A stretch of 32,000 nucleotides of DNA from Alkalilimnicola ehrlichii MLHE-1. Lineage in GTDB: Bacteria > Pseudomonadota > Gammaproteobacteria > Nitrococcales > Halorhodospiraceae. Shown here piece after piece: positions 1 to 9,956 of the stretch. Numbering within the stretch: the stretch's first letter is position 1; every line of letters begins with the position of its first letter. Position numbers and translations under genes: made by a program. The DNA is taken from NCBI RefSeq assembly GCF_000014785.1, contig NC_008340.1:2280001-2312000 (forward strand), written 5' to 3'. The notes beneath the pieces are model-generated. The model saw nothing but the letters and a program-made list of their open reading frames with translations. It did not search any database and had not been told where the DNA came from.

Positions 1-32
1 GCAACTCGGGATGGGGGCGACCGAAGCGTTTT

Positions 33-452
33 TCAAGGCGTCTTGCGAGCGATCATCGGGATACGGTGCAAACGGCCATGCTGTATACCGGGCCTGGCCA
101 TGACTGACTCGGCAAACCCTTCAATCTGAGCAGCCTCTCCCTTGAGCATGACCGCCTCCACACAGAGGTCGTGATCCACGTGCATATGCAACGTCGTCAC
201 CGTCAGATCGAAATGTGCATGATGGGCCTCGGTTAACCGCTTGGCCAGTTCACGCTCTTTGTGGTCATAAAGATAGGTCAGCACCCCAACGCACGGCGTA
301 TCCGGACGCTCATCGAGTGCCTCGGAGCCTAGCGCACCACGGATCAGGTCGCGAACAGCCTCGGACCGGTTGTTATACCCCCGCCTCTCCAGAAAGTTAT
401 CGAACTCGGCCGCCAATCCGCTTTCCAATGAGACCGTCACCCGCTCACTCAT
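33..452 (-). CDS. nikR: Nickel-responsive transcriptional regulator NikR (ribbon-helix-helix plus ACT-like metal domain)
   Basis: Protein MSERVTVSLESGLAAEFDNFLERRGYNNRSEAVRDLIRGAL is an RHH N-terminus; TTLHMHVDHDLC carries the conserved NikR His-x-His...Cys metal ligands. The ORF-track start (524) is trimmed to the internal ATG at 452. Confidence 0.95.
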   Translation of the reverse strand: MSERVTVSLESGLAAEFDNFLERRGYNNRSEAVRDLIRGALGSEALDERPDTPCVGVLTYLYDHKERELAKRLTEAHHAHFDLTVTTLHMHVDHDLCVEAVMLKGEAAQIEGFAESVMARPGIQHGRLHRIPMIARKTP

Positions 453-1857
453 CCGGACACCCCACGCTGCTCTCATCTGTCTCCAACGGCAGCCGCAGGC
501 GGAACAACGCCCCGCCTTGGACATGGTTGTCGCCGCTTAGCTGGCCCCCATGACGCTCCACTATCCCAAAGCTGACCGAGAGCCCCAGTCCGGTTCCCTT
601 CCCCACGGGTTTGGTGGAAAAAAAGGGATCAAATATCCGCCCCAATGCCTCCTCATCAATCCCTGGCCCGTTATCGTGGAACCAGAGCTCTACCATTCCA
701 TCCACCACATGACCGGAGATTCGCAACACTGGATCCGGGCACCCCTGCAAGGCATCAACCGCGTTGCTCACGAGGTTAACGACCACCTGCTGCATCTGCC
801 CCTGTGAGCCACGGACCCAGTACGGCTGCTGCAAGGCATGGACAACGGAAACGGGGTGGGATACCGCCTTCTCCACCCAATGCACTGATCGCTCCACCAC
901 CTCCCGCAGATCAAACACCTGATCCGCATCCCGGTCTACTGCTGCAAAACGTTTCAAGGCATCCACGATATCGTGCGTGCGCTCAGCCCCTTCGACTGTC
1001 CCCTCGAGTAGCGGCGCAATATCCTCCAGGACGTAGTCGATGCGGAGTTTACTCCTCAGGCGTTGCTGCTCTTCCGCGCTCACTCCCCGGTGGATGGCGC
1101 CCAGATACTCCTCAAGACGCCCGAGATAACGCTTCAGGGCGAAGGCATTACCCACGACAAAGCTAATGGGATTGTTCAGCTCATGGGCCACACCGGCAAC
1201 CAGCTGACCGATCGATGCCAGCTTTTCGCTTTGAATGAGTTGCTGTTGGGTCCGCTTCAAGCTCTCATGGGCCTCACTTAAGTCATGGTAAGCCTGTCGC
1301 AGTTCGCCGACCGGCCGCCCGATCAAAACCAATCCCTGAATCCGTCCGATCCGGTCACGCAGAGGCGCACAGTTCACCGCCACCGGGTTATGGCCGCCCC
1401 GGTGATCAACGAAGTTGACCTCGCAATCATTAACCGCCACAGCCTCGGCATGCTCAAAAACGCCCCTGGTCAACAGGCGATCACGGGATGCCTGATCGGC
1501 AAGGAGATCCCGCAGCGGCCGCCCCACCAGTACATCGCTACCCTCTCCTACCAGCTGTTCCATAGCCGGGTTCACCCGCTGGACCCGCCCCTGGTGATCG
1601 CACACCACCAGGACATCCGACATGGCGGAGAGCACACTAAAGAGAAACTGCTGGGAGCGCTCCAGTTCTGCATTCTTGCGCTCGAGCTCCGTCTCGTTCT
1701 CCAGCAGTTCGCTGTAGACCTCATCCATCCGATGGATGACTTCCAGCCAGGTTTGCTCGTCGAAGCTGCCCTCGGAATCGGTCTGCCCTGCCCCGGGCGA
1801 CATGGCCTGATTGAGCAGGGTCTCCGCCCCACGTCGATGTCTTGAACGTTCACCCAT
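445..1857 (-). CDS. hupT: PAS-domain sensor histidine kinase of the H2-sensing system (HupT/HoxJ-like)
   Basis: PAS region, H-box VAGVAHELNNPISFVVGN, and N/G boxes NLVSNAVDAL, DNGPGID, GKGTGLGLSVSFGIVERHGG; located directly after the hupUV genes. Confidence 0.92.
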   Translation of the reverse strand: MGERSRHRRGAETLLNQAMSPGAGQTDSEGSFDEQTWLEVIHRMDEVYSELLENETELERKNAELERSQQFLFSVLSAMSDVLVVCDHQGRVQRVNPAMEQLVGEGSDVLVGRPLRDLLADQASRDRLLTRGVFEHAEAVAVNDCEVNFVDHRGGHNPVAVNCAPLRDRIGRIQGLVLIGRPVGELRQAYHDLSEAHESLKRTQQQLIQSEKLASIGQLVAGVAHELNNPISFVVGNAFALKRYLGRLEEYLGAIHRGVSAEEQQRLRSKLRIDYVLEDIAPLLEGTVEGAERTHDIVDALKRFAAVDRDADQVFDLREVVERSVHWVEKAVSHPVSVVHALQQPYWVRGSQGQMQQVVVNLVSNAVDALQGCPDPVLRISGHVVDGMVELWFHDNGPGIDEEALGRIFDPFFSTKPVGKGTGLGLSVSFGIVERHGGQLSGDNHVQGGALFRLRLPLETDESSVGCPDE

Positions 1858-1879
1858 CGCCCGTTCGGGCCTCCGCTAG

Positions 1880-3328
1880 TCAGTGCACGGTACACACCAT
1901 ACAGGGATCAAACGACCGCACCACATGCTGGACCGCTACCGACTCCCCCGCATCCGCAGCAGGTGTCCCTACCAGCGCCTGCTCCAGCGGCCCGGGCACA
2001 CCGGCGTGATCCCGAGGCGAAAAGTTCCACGTCGTCGGCGCAATGATCTGATAATTGCTGATCATGCCGTTTCTAACCGTGAGCCAGTGGCCCAGGCTAC
2101 CGCGGGCCGCCTCGGTCAAACCGACCCCGACGCCCTCGCCGGGCAGGGTGTAATCGGCATAGCAGGGCTCGCCCGGTTGCAGTGATCTCACCCAATGCTC
2201 CATCAATGGCGGAACTCGCGCCAGTTCAATCAGGCGGGCAATCACTCGGTTACGCACGTTACCACCGCTTTCCGCCACCAGTGCGCGAATCAGCGGTTGC
2301 CCATCCACCAACTGACGGGCGAGTGCCCCCGTCTCCACCACGGCCCCGCCCATCCGCGGTGCCTTGCACCAACTATAGGCGTCGGCCTTCTGCACCACAG
2401 GTTCTGTCACGCCGTGAAGAGGATGTGCCGGTTTCCCCGGCCCGGACAGCCAGGCGCTCGTCAGGTCTTCGTCAATGGCTTCAGTATTCAAAGGCTGCAC
2501 CTGCCCGTCCACCCACTGGCCAGGTGCGAAAGCGGTTTCATCGCCAATGGGGTAGCTCCCATAACTTAGAAAGCCACCCGGACTCCGCCCCAGCGATACC
2601 AGATCCAGATCATCCGCCAGGCGAAGAAACCCGGCGAAATCACCCTGGGCGGGGCCAGGCCGTGCCCGCCAGGCCTCAAGTGCCGCCGGACTCTCCAAGG
2701 CGAGTACACACTCCAGCCGGTCACCAAACAGGTGACGCTCCAGCCAGGTGCGAAACTCCCGCACTATCGCGAGCAGTCGAAGCCTCTCGGCCGGCTCCAC
2801 TGCCCGGGAGGCGCCACCTGGGTGAATGGCCAGGGTGTGCGGCCACTTACCGGCCAATAGCCCCATCAGGGTCAGGAAGCGCGCCCGGGCTGGCAGGGCC
2901 TGGGCCGGGGCCTGGCCACGCACCGCCCGAAACCGGGTCTGTACCGCCGAGTGCCAGGTGCGATCCGCGTAGTCTTCCCGGGCAAAATCGGGCATGAAAA
3001 AGAGATAAAAATGAGTGAAGTGGTCCGCCAGATTCTCGGCCGCATGTATCAGGTTTCGTATCAACGCCCCGTTCCGAGGCATCTGCGCTCCAGCCAGGTC
3101 TGCCAGTGCGCTGGCAGCGGCGACAGACTGCGATACGGAACAGATTCCACAGATGCGCGGTGCAAAGACCAGGGCATCCAGCGGCTCCCGTCCCAGCAGC
3201 ACCCGCTCGAACCCGCGGTATAGAGGCGAGTTAACCCATGCCTGATGCACATACCCATCGCGAACGTCCAGAGTGACCTCCAGGTCCCCTTCCACGCGAT
3301 TAAACGGGCCGACCACCACACGACTCAT
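1880..3328 (-). CDS. hupV: Regulatory (H2-sensing) [NiFe] hydrogenase large subunit HupV/HoxC-like
   Basis: N-terminal RICGICSVSQ and C-terminal DPCMVCTVH Ni-binding motifs; the protein stops directly after the His, with no cleavable extension. Start trimmed to MSRVVVGPFNRVEGD. Confidence 0.92.
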   Translation of the reverse strand: MSRVVVGPFNRVEGDLEVTLDVRDGYVHQAWVNSPLYRGFERVLLGREPLDALVFAPRICGICSVSQSVAAASALADLAGAQMPRNGALIRNLIHAAENLADHFTHFYLFFMPDFAREDYADRTWHSAVQTRFRAVRGQAPAQALPARARFLTLMGLLAGKWPHTLAIHPGGASRAVEPAERLRLLAIVREFRTWLERHLFGDRLECVLALESPAALEAWRARPGPAQGDFAGFLRLADDLDLVSLGRSPGGFLSYGSYPIGDETAFAPGQWVDGQVQPLNTEAIDEDLTSAWLSGPGKPAHPLHGVTEPVVQKADAYSWCKAPRMGGAVVETGALARQLVDGQPLIRALVAESGGNVRNRVIARLIELARVPPLMEHWVRSLQPGEPCYADYTLPGEGVGVGLTEAARGSLGHWLTVRNGMISNYQIIAPTTWNFSPRDHAGVPGPLEQALVGTPAADAGESVAVQHVVRSFDPCMVCTVH

Positions 3329-4344
3329 TTCAACCCCGTCTTTCGGTTCTTGGGCCGTACGACCTGATGGTCGGCGACGGCATTGCGCCGGAGCCGCTCC
3401 GGAGTGGCCGACTTGGACAGTGCCGCCAACGCCACAAACCAAGCCTTAGGCATATCGGTCGGCAAGCCCACGGGGATGCCTCCCACCTTGGGGGTGCTCA
3501 GGAAGCCGTGACCGGGGTCCTGAAACCCCGGCTCCGTGCAACTAATGCACGCGTAACCGCCACGAAGGCAGGAGCCCTGCCCATTCCAGGGCCGGATATT
3601 GCAATCGGCGTGGGCCTGGGTCCCCTTGCAGCCCAGGTGCTCCATCATGCAGCCAAGGTCAGAGGGCTTTTCCGCGCTCGCCTTGAATTCGTAGTACTCG
3701 TTACGTGCACAACCGTGGTGAACCAAGTGGTCGGCATAAAAGCGGGGCCGCCGCCATTCATCCAGAGCATCCTCATCCAGAAGCCCCATTGCCACCGCCA
3801 TTAGGGTTTCCGTGACCCACTCCGGATGGGTCGGGCAGCCCGCCAGGTTAATCACCGGAAGGCCGGCCTTGGATCGGAAATCGGCGCCCAAGAGGCCACC
3901 GACCAGATCCGATTCATACTGCAAGCCAGGCATTTCACCCGGGGCATGTCCTGCAGCTGAGATTCCCCCATAGGCCGAGCAACTTCCCACCGCAACGGTG
4001 TAGTCCGCCACTTCGGCCAAATCCCTCACCCAATCCCTCATAGGTCGGCCGGTTCCGGCAAACAGGTGATACCTGCCGGTCCCACCGGGGCCGCACATCA
4101 CGGCGCCCTCCAGACAAAGCACGTCCAGCGTCAGTTCACCGCGCAGACAGGCATCGAGTATCTCCCGAACGTCCCGGCCGGACGGCTCACTGAGCGAGGG
4201 GTGCCAGAGCAGATTGATACCCATGCCGGCCAACTCACCAAAAAGATCCGGCGTGTCAGCACACAGCAGAGACATTGTGCATCCGCCACACCCTCCGGAC
4301 TGCAACCAGAGCACATTGAGCGGGCGGGCGTTCAACCGCATCAT
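3325..4344 (-). CDS. hupU: Regulatory (H2-sensing) [NiFe] hydrogenase small subunit HupU/HoxB-like
   Basis: LWLQSGGCGGCTMSLL, GSCSAYGGISA and NLAGCPTHPEW small-subunit cluster motifs; no Tat signal peptide and no C-terminal membrane anchor; adjacent to hupV. Confidence 0.93.
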   Translation of the reverse strand: MMRLNARPLNVLWLQSGGCGGCTMSLLCADTPDLFGELAGMGINLLWHPSLSEPSGRDVREILDACLRGELTLDVLCLEGAVMCGPGGTGRYHLFAGTGRPMRDWVRDLAEVADYTVAVGSCSAYGGISAAGHAPGEMPGLQYESDLVGGLLGADFRSKAGLPVINLAGCPTHPEWVTETLMAVAMGLLDEDALDEWRRPRFYADHLVHHGCARNEYYEFKASAEKPSDLGCMMEHLGCKGTQAHADCNIRPWNGQGSCLRGGYACISCTEPGFQDPGHGFLSTPKVGGIPVGLPTDMPKAWFVALAALSKSATPERLRRNAVADHQVVRPKNRKTGLK

Positions 4345-5795
4345 GATGATGTGTCCTCAATGCCGTAACGTTGCAGCTTGCCACGCAGACCGACTCGGGA
4401 GAGCCCGAGTTCCTCGGCCGCGCGGGACTTATTCCATCGCAGGCGGGTCAGGACTTCACGGATGATCGCCGCTTCCAGTTGCTCAATACGATCCTTGAGA
4501 CTGCCATCAAGCCTGGAGAGATGATCCAACTCGGCTTGGTCATCCTCGGTCCCGCCCCGCACCACGGCGGCCGACAGCAAATCGGCACTCAGCCGACCGT
4601 CCTCAGTTAATGCCACCATGCGCAAAATCTCATTCTGCAGTTGCCGGACGTTGCCCGGCCAGTGGTAACGGCGCAGACAAGCTAGTGTCTCTTGGTCGAA
4701 CCCAAGCACCGGCTTGTCCAGTACCCGGCTAACCTCCCCGAGCAGATAGTCCGCCAGCAACGGAATGTCCATCGGTCGCTCACGCAAAGGGGGGATATGC
4801 AACTGAAAAGCGCTCAACCGATAAAACAGGTCCTCACGAAAGTTCCCCTGACGAACTTCCTCCTGAAGATCGCGGTTGGTCGCAGAGATTACCCGGACAT
4901 CGATCCGCACCGTCTGGGAACTACCGACGGGTCTGATCTCACCCTCTTGGAGGACGCGCAACAACTTGACCTGAAAACCAGGTGAGGTCTCGCCGATCTC
5001 ATCCAGGAAGATAGTCCCGCCGTCCGCCCTTTGAAAGAGGCCCTGACGATCTTCGTGTGCTCCGGTGAAGGCTCCACGCTTATGCCCGAACAGCTCACTC
5101 TCAAGCAGTTGCTCCGGCAAGGCGGCACAGTTCTCCACCACGAACGGCTGATCGTGCCGACTGCTTCGATAATGGATTGCGCGCGCCAGCAGCTCCTTAC
5201 CCGTTCCGGACGCACCCGTCAGCATCACCGGGATGTTATAGGCGGCCACCTTATAGGCGAGCCGACAAACCTCATTCATAGGACTGTCCTCAGCCCGGGT
5301 GATGAGGTCCCGGTGCAGGACGGACTCCCGCGCCCATTCCCGCTTGGTCCGGACGCGCTCACGCAGCACCGGCTCAGCGGAGCGCAGTTCGAGGTTGAGC
5401 AGTTCGTTCTGCTGCTGAAGTCGATGCAGCTCCGCAGCACGCTTCACCGTAAGCAGCAGCCCTTCGGGCTGCCAGGGCTTATGCACGAACTGGTAGATGC
5501 CCGCATCGTTAATGGCCGACATCATATCCGCGGGATCGGTGTAACCGGAGATGATCAGACGCACCACGTCGGGCCAGCGCGTACGCACCCTGCGTAACAG
5601 CTCCACCCCGGTGGTCCCCGGCATGCGCTGGTCGGAAAGCACCACCTGGACGAATTCGGTCTCGAGTACGGCGATGGCCTCTTCGGCGTCGTTCGCGGTC
5701 AGCACCCGAAAGTCTTCGTCCAACACCCGTCGAAGGGTCTGCAACGCACGGGGTTCGTCATCGACCACCAGAATGGTGGGCGGCCCTCCCGTCAT
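4341..5795 (-). CDS. hupR: NtrC-family sigma-54-dependent response regulator HupR/HoxA-like
   Basis: Receiver domain ILVVDDEPRALQTL...LSDQRMPGTTG...VHKPWQ; AAA+ domain with Walker A GASGTGKE and intact GAFTGA; C-terminal Fis-type HTH (TRLRWNKSRAAEELGLSRVGLRGKLQRYGI). Confidence 0.94.
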   Translation of the reverse strand: MTGGPPTILVVDDEPRALQTLRRVLDEDFRVLTANDAEEAIAVLETEFVQVVLSDQRMPGTTGVELLRRVRTRWPDVVRLIISGYTDPADMMSAINDAGIYQFVHKPWQPEGLLLTVKRAAELHRLQQQNELLNLELRSAEPVLRERVRTKREWARESVLHRDLITRAEDSPMNEVCRLAYKVAAYNIPVMLTGASGTGKELLARAIHYRSSRHDQPFVVENCAALPEQLLESELFGHKRGAFTGAHEDRQGLFQRADGGTIFLDEIGETSPGFQVKLLRVLQEGEIRPVGSSQTVRIDVRVISATNRDLQEEVRQGNFREDLFYRLSAFQLHIPPLRERPMDIPLLADYLLGEVSRVLDKPVLGFDQETLACLRRYHWPGNVRQLQNEILRMVALTEDGRLSADLLSAAVVRGGTEDDQAELDHLSRLDGSLKDRIEQLEAAIIREVLTRLRWNKSRAAEELGLSRVGLRGKLQRYGIEDTSS

Positions 5796-7519
5796 GATGC
5801 ATCCGCAGTGAGCGCATTGAGCCTTTGGTCCCGGTGGCGCGCCAGATGTATCGGCGTTCGTGACAAGGGACGGCGGTGTACGAAATTGAAACGCGCCACG
5901 TGATAACTTGGATCAAAGCCGAAAAAATTCAGTTGCATCTCGGTCATCTCCTCCTCCCGGTAGCGGGCCAGCGGTTTCCGTGCCTCGTCGCGGGCACGTT
6001 GCACCCTCTTGGACCGCACAATACCAGACCAATTGGGGTCCGAGGCCAAGGCTTCAGCGCGGGCCTGGATATCAGCCTCCGCGCCATCCCTACTCAGCAC
6101 CTCGTCCACAACCCCCACCTGGTGCGCTTCCCATACCCCCATCGGAAGTCGCTGCTCCAGCAGCACTGCCCGGTCACCATGCCGGACCCGGCGTGGTAAC
6201 AGGTATGTCCAATACTCCGACCCATAAAGGTTACCCATATTCTTGTAATGGGGGTTCAATACCACACCATCGACGGCCCAGACATAATCAGCCGCCAAGG
6301 CGAAGAAGACACCTCCGGCCGCCGCGTTGCCACGCAAAGCCGCCACCACCGGGCACTCAACCAGCTCAACGATCTCACGGGTCAGATCGTTCATGGCATT
6401 GATATTGCCCCACGAGGCCTCAGCTGGATGATCATCCGCCTCGATACGGTGCAGATGGATGCCGTTAGACCAGAAATCGGCCCCGCCCATCAGCACCAGT
6501 ACCCGGGGCGGGCTTGCCTTGACCCGGCGACATATTGCTGTAAGGCGACGGCACTGATCGACGCTCAGTGCCCCATTATGGCAATCGAAGTACAGGTAAC
6601 CGACGCCATTGCGTTCCCGGTAGCGGATCTCCTGCCAGGTTGGATAGTCCGGGTTTTCAAAGGCGTCCAGGGGCGCCTCCTGCACATCCGCAATACGATC
6701 ACCCAATACCTGGGCGGCCGGGAGCTTGAGGCCACCATTGCCGGAAGCGTCGTCACGGCACAAATGGGTTACCCAAACCGCCCCATCAACCGTGCCGAGG
6801 CACACGGCACCGTCCCGAATGGCCAATATTGCGCCCGGCTCCCCGCGCAACTCGCCCTCCGGCCAGGGGTTGTACATCCTTACCCGCAGCCCGGCCAGCC
6901 TGTCACGTACCCCAGGATGACCGTCCGCTGCCCGCAGCAGGGCCAGCACCTCCGCGGTGGTGTGCCGCGACCATTCGATCCTGCGATCCGATTGCCTCAT
7001 CAAGGGACGCCATCCTCCTGGCCGGCCGTCCTCCCCCAGGGCGAGTCGCTGTGGCGTGTACCGGTCGCTCTCCAGGCGTTCGAGTGCCTGCCGGACCGCG
7101 GTCACTGAGGCGTCGGCAACCTCATGCCGGTAGAGATGGCCTTTGCATGCGGCCCGCATGGGAAATTCCACGCTGGCCCAAACCGGCCCGGCGTCCATCT
7201 CCGCCTCGGCTTGCAGTACGGTGACCCCCCACGTCGAGACACCGGTCTGAATGGCCCAATCCAGCGAGGATGGCCCCCGGTCACCCGCAGGGCCGGGATG
7301 AACAATCCAGCAGAGATGCTCCCGCCAGATGGATTCGGCGATGGCCCGCTTGAGGAAGGGGGCAAGGATCAGATCAGGCCGGAAAAGGCGCACGGCCTCC
7401 GCCGTAACCTGGTCATTGATATCGAACTCCACCGACACCTCATGCCCGAGTTTCTGGAGTTCAATAAACAATCGCTGGCTCAGGCTGTTGAAGCTGTGGG
7501 TCAGTAACAGTATCCGCAT
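5792..7519 (-). CDS. hypX: Hydrogenase maturation protein HypX (HoxX)
   Basis: N-terminal formyltransferase-like domain (MRILLLTHSFNSLSQRLFIELQKLGHEVSVE...HPGPAGDRGPSSLDWAI) fused to an enoyl-CoA hydratase-like domain (ALRGNAAAGGVFFALAADYVWA). Start could be 7528. Confidence 0.93.
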   Translation of the reverse strand: MRILLLTHSFNSLSQRLFIELQKLGHEVSVEFDINDQVTAEAVRLFRPDLILAPFLKRAIAESIWREHLCWIVHPGPAGDRGPSSLDWAIQTGVSTWGVTVLQAEAEMDAGPVWASVEFPMRAACKGHLYRHEVADASVTAVRQALERLESDRYTPQRLALGEDGRPGGWRPLMRQSDRRIEWSRHTTAEVLALLRAADGHPGVRDRLAGLRVRMYNPWPEGELRGEPGAILAIRDGAVCLGTVDGAVWVTHLCRDDASGNGGLKLPAAQVLGDRIADVQEAPLDAFENPDYPTWQEIRYRERNGVGYLYFDCHNGALSVDQCRRLTAICRRVKASPPRVLVLMGGADFWSNGIHLHRIEADDHPAEASWGNINAMNDLTREIVELVECPVVAALRGNAAAGGVFFALAADYVWAVDGVVLNPHYKNMGNLYGSEYWTYLLPRRVRHGDRAVLLEQRLPMGVWEAHQVGVVDEVLSRDGAEADIQARAEALASDPNWSGIVRSKRVQRARDEARKPLARYREEEMTEMQLNFFGFDPSYHVARFNFVHRRPLSRTPIHLARHRDQRLNALTADAS

Positions 7520-7540
7520 AATGATCACACCCGGCTGCGG

Positions 7541-8593
7541 TTAACAGATGCGGGGAAGCTGCTCTCCCGCGATCCAATCCACATTCCTTGTTCCACCGAA
7601 GGCTGTTTCCATTTGTACGAAGCCATGACTATCCTCTATCACCTCCCCAATCAGGGCGGCATCAGAGCCCAAAGGATGAGCGCGCATCACAGCTAGCAGG
7701 CGCTCGCTGGCATCCGGCGGACAAATGGCCAAGAGTTTGCCTTCATTCGCCACGTACAAGGGATCGAGCCCGAGCAATTCACAGGCGGCATCGACCGCCT
7801 CGCGGATCGGCAGGGCCTCCTCCCGGATAACTATTCCCACGCCTGATTGGCGGCTCAACTCGTTCAGCGTCGCCGCCACTCCCCCGCGCGTGGGATCCCG
7901 CAGGCAACGCACCTGCGGGACCTCATCCAGCATGGCGGCCACAAGTTCATGCAGCGCGGCCGAATCGGAGGTAATCGGGGCCTCGAAGCCTAAGCTTTCC
8001 CGCAGCGACATAATGGCAACACCATGATCCCCGATGGGGCCGCTGACCAGTACGTGATCACCAGGACGGGCTCGATCCCCCGACAGCTCCAGCCCCGGAG
8101 GCACCACGCCGATGCCCGTCGTGTTGATAAACACCCCGTCACCCTTGCCCCGCTCGACGACCTTGGTATCGCCGGTCACCACCGATACCCCCGCCGCACT
8201 CGCTGCCTCCGACATGGATTCCACGATCCGGCGCAGATCGGCAAGCGGATACCCTTCCTCGAGAATGAAACCAGCGGTCAAGGCCAGCGGACGGGCCCCG
8301 CACATCGCCACATCATTGATCGTCCCATGAACTGCCAGGCTCCCGATATTCCCCCCGGGAAAGAAGAGCGGCGAGACGACATGGCTGTCGGTGGCCACCA
8401 CCAAACGGCCGGGCGGCGGCTCAACAACAGCCTGATCATTTCCTTTGCGAAGCGCAGGATTGTCGAAGGCCGCCATGAAAAGCTCATCAATGAGCTGCGC
8501 CATGGCACGACCACCACCGCCGTGGGCCAGCTCCACGCTGCCTCGCCGGAAATTCAGGGGCCGGACATAGCCGGGTTTTGCGCCACTGGTCAC
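7541..8593 (-). CDS. hypE: Hydrogenase expression/formation protein HypE
   Basis: AIR-synthase-like fold motifs (VELAHGGGGRAM, ATDSHVVSPLFFPGGNIG, RDPTRGGVA) and the characteristic C-terminus ending PRIC. Start set to a GTG at 8593 overlapping the hypD stop (GTGA); the ORF track extends to 8644. Confidence 0.94.
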   Translation of the reverse strand: MTSGAKPGYVRPLNFRRGSVELAHGGGGRAMAQLIDELFMAAFDNPALRKGNDQAVVEPPPGRLVVATDSHVVSPLFFPGGNIGSLAVHGTINDVAMCGARPLALTAGFILEEGYPLADLRRIVESMSEAASAAGVSVVTGDTKVVERGKGDGVFINTTGIGVVPPGLELSGDRARPGDHVLVSGPIGDHGVAIMSLRESLGFEAPITSDSAALHELVAAMLDEVPQVRCLRDPTRGGVAATLNELSRQSGVGIVIREEALPIREAVDAACELLGLDPLYVANEGKLLAICPPDASERLLAVMRAHPLGSDAALIGEVIEDSHGFVQMETAFGGTRNVDWIAGEQLPRIC

Positions 8594-9726
8594 GATGCCT
8601 TCTCCGTCTGTTGGAACCGCCCGTAAGTGAAATAGGCTGAGCACGCCCCTTCGGCAGAGACCATGCAGGACCCGAGCGGGGTCTCAGGTGTACATGCGTT
8701 CCCGAACACCTTGCAGTCAAGCGGGTGCTTGAGCCCACGCAGGATGGCACCGCACTCACACGCCTTGGCATCAGGGACCGAGCGGTAGCTCAGTCCGAAG
8801 CGATGCTCCGCATCCAGATCCGCGTAGTCGGGACGGATGCGGAGAGCGCTGTAAGGCACTTCGCCCAAACCCCGCCACTCGAATCGGGCGCGTAGTTCAA
8901 AGACGTCGGCGACCGCTTGCTGCGCCTTACGGTTACCGTTTCGCGTCACCGCGCGCGAAAACTGATTCTCCACCTCGAACCGTCCCTCATTGAGCTGGCG
9001 CACCAGCATTAGCACGCTGTGCAATACATCCAGCGGCTCGAACCCGGCGATGACTACCGGCTTCTGGTACTCCGCTGCGAAATACTCGTACGGACGGCTA
9101 CCGATCACCGTGGAGACATGGGAGGGACCGATAAAGCCATCCAGGGGGACCGTGCCCAGATTGCGAACCGCCGGTGCTTCGAGGATGTTCTGGATCGCCG
9201 CTGGCGTCAGGACGTGATTGCAGAAGACGCTGAAATTCTGAAGATTGTCATCCCTGGCCTGTTTTACGGCGACCGCCGTCGGCGGTGTGGTGGTCTCAAA
9301 GCCGATGGCAAAGAAGACCACCTCGCGATCGGGGTGTGCGCGTGCGATCCTCAGCGCATCCAGCGCGGAGTAGACCATGCGGACGTCCGCCCCCTCCGCC
9401 CTCGCCTTGAGTAGGCTTTGCCCGCCTGACGCCGGGACCCGAAGGGTGTCACCGTAGCTGCAAAGGATGGTGTCAGGCCGCCGGGCAATATCGATAGCGT
9501 TATCGATCCGGCCGATGGGCAGCACACAAACCGGGCAGCCGGGTCCGTGAATGAAACGAATCGATGCCGGCAATAGATCACGCAGCCCGTATCGTGATAT
9601 TGCGTGGGTATGGCCGCCACAGAACTCCATGATCCGGTACTCCCGTCCGGAACAGGCCTCAGCGGTGATGGCGCGCGCCAGCCTCCCTGCCAGCCCCCCG
9701 TCCCGGAACTCACTGACATACTTCAT
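8590..9726 (-). CDS. hypD: Hydrogenase maturation protein HypD
   Basis: MKYVSEFRDG, EFCGGHTHAI, GPGCPVCVLPIG, ECGAILRGLKHPLDCKVFG and conserved Cys motifs. Confidence 0.96.
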   Translation of the reverse strand: MKYVSEFRDGGLAGRLARAITAEACSGREYRIMEFCGGHTHAISRYGLRDLLPASIRFIHGPGCPVCVLPIGRIDNAIDIARRPDTILCSYGDTLRVPASGGQSLLKARAEGADVRMVYSALDALRIARAHPDREVVFFAIGFETTTPPTAVAVKQARDDNLQNFSVFCNHVLTPAAIQNILEAPAVRNLGTVPLDGFIGPSHVSTVIGSRPYEYFAAEYQKPVVIAGFEPLDVLHSVLMLVRQLNEGRFEVENQFSRAVTRNGNRKAQQAVADVFELRARFEWRGLGEVPYSALRIRPDYADLDAEHRFGLSYRSVPDAKACECGAILRGLKHPLDCKVFGNACTPETPLGSCMVSAEGACSAYFTYGRFQQTEKAS

Positions 9727-9950
9727 TCATCCCCCTCCAGTCCCATCTCCCGGAACAGTGCCAGGGTCCGCTCGGCCTCTGCGCGGTCCAGGCGGCTGAT
9801 GGCGAACCCCACGTGCAGAATGACGAACTCACCCTCGGTCACGCCCTCAACCAGACTGACATCCACCGTTTTCCGCACCCCGCCGGCATCGACCAGGGCA
9901 GCCCCGTCCTCCTTCAGCTCGAGCACCTCCACAGGTATTGCCAGACACAT
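9723..9950 (-). CDS. hypC: Hydrogenase maturation chaperone HypC
   Basis: MCLAIPVEVLELKEDGAALVDAGGVRKTVDVSLV. The start at 9950 places the functional Cys at position 2; the track start at 9956 would add MA. Confidence 0.93.
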   Translation of the reverse strand: MCLAIPVEVLELKEDGAALVDAGGVRKTVDVSLVEGVTEGEFVILHVGFAISRLDRAEAERTLALFREMGLEGDE

Positions 9951-9956
9951 AGCCAT

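Noticed and set aside
1-32. Downstream end of the operon or another gene beyond nikR
   Set aside because: Too little sequence remains after the nikR stop to assign a terminator or gene.
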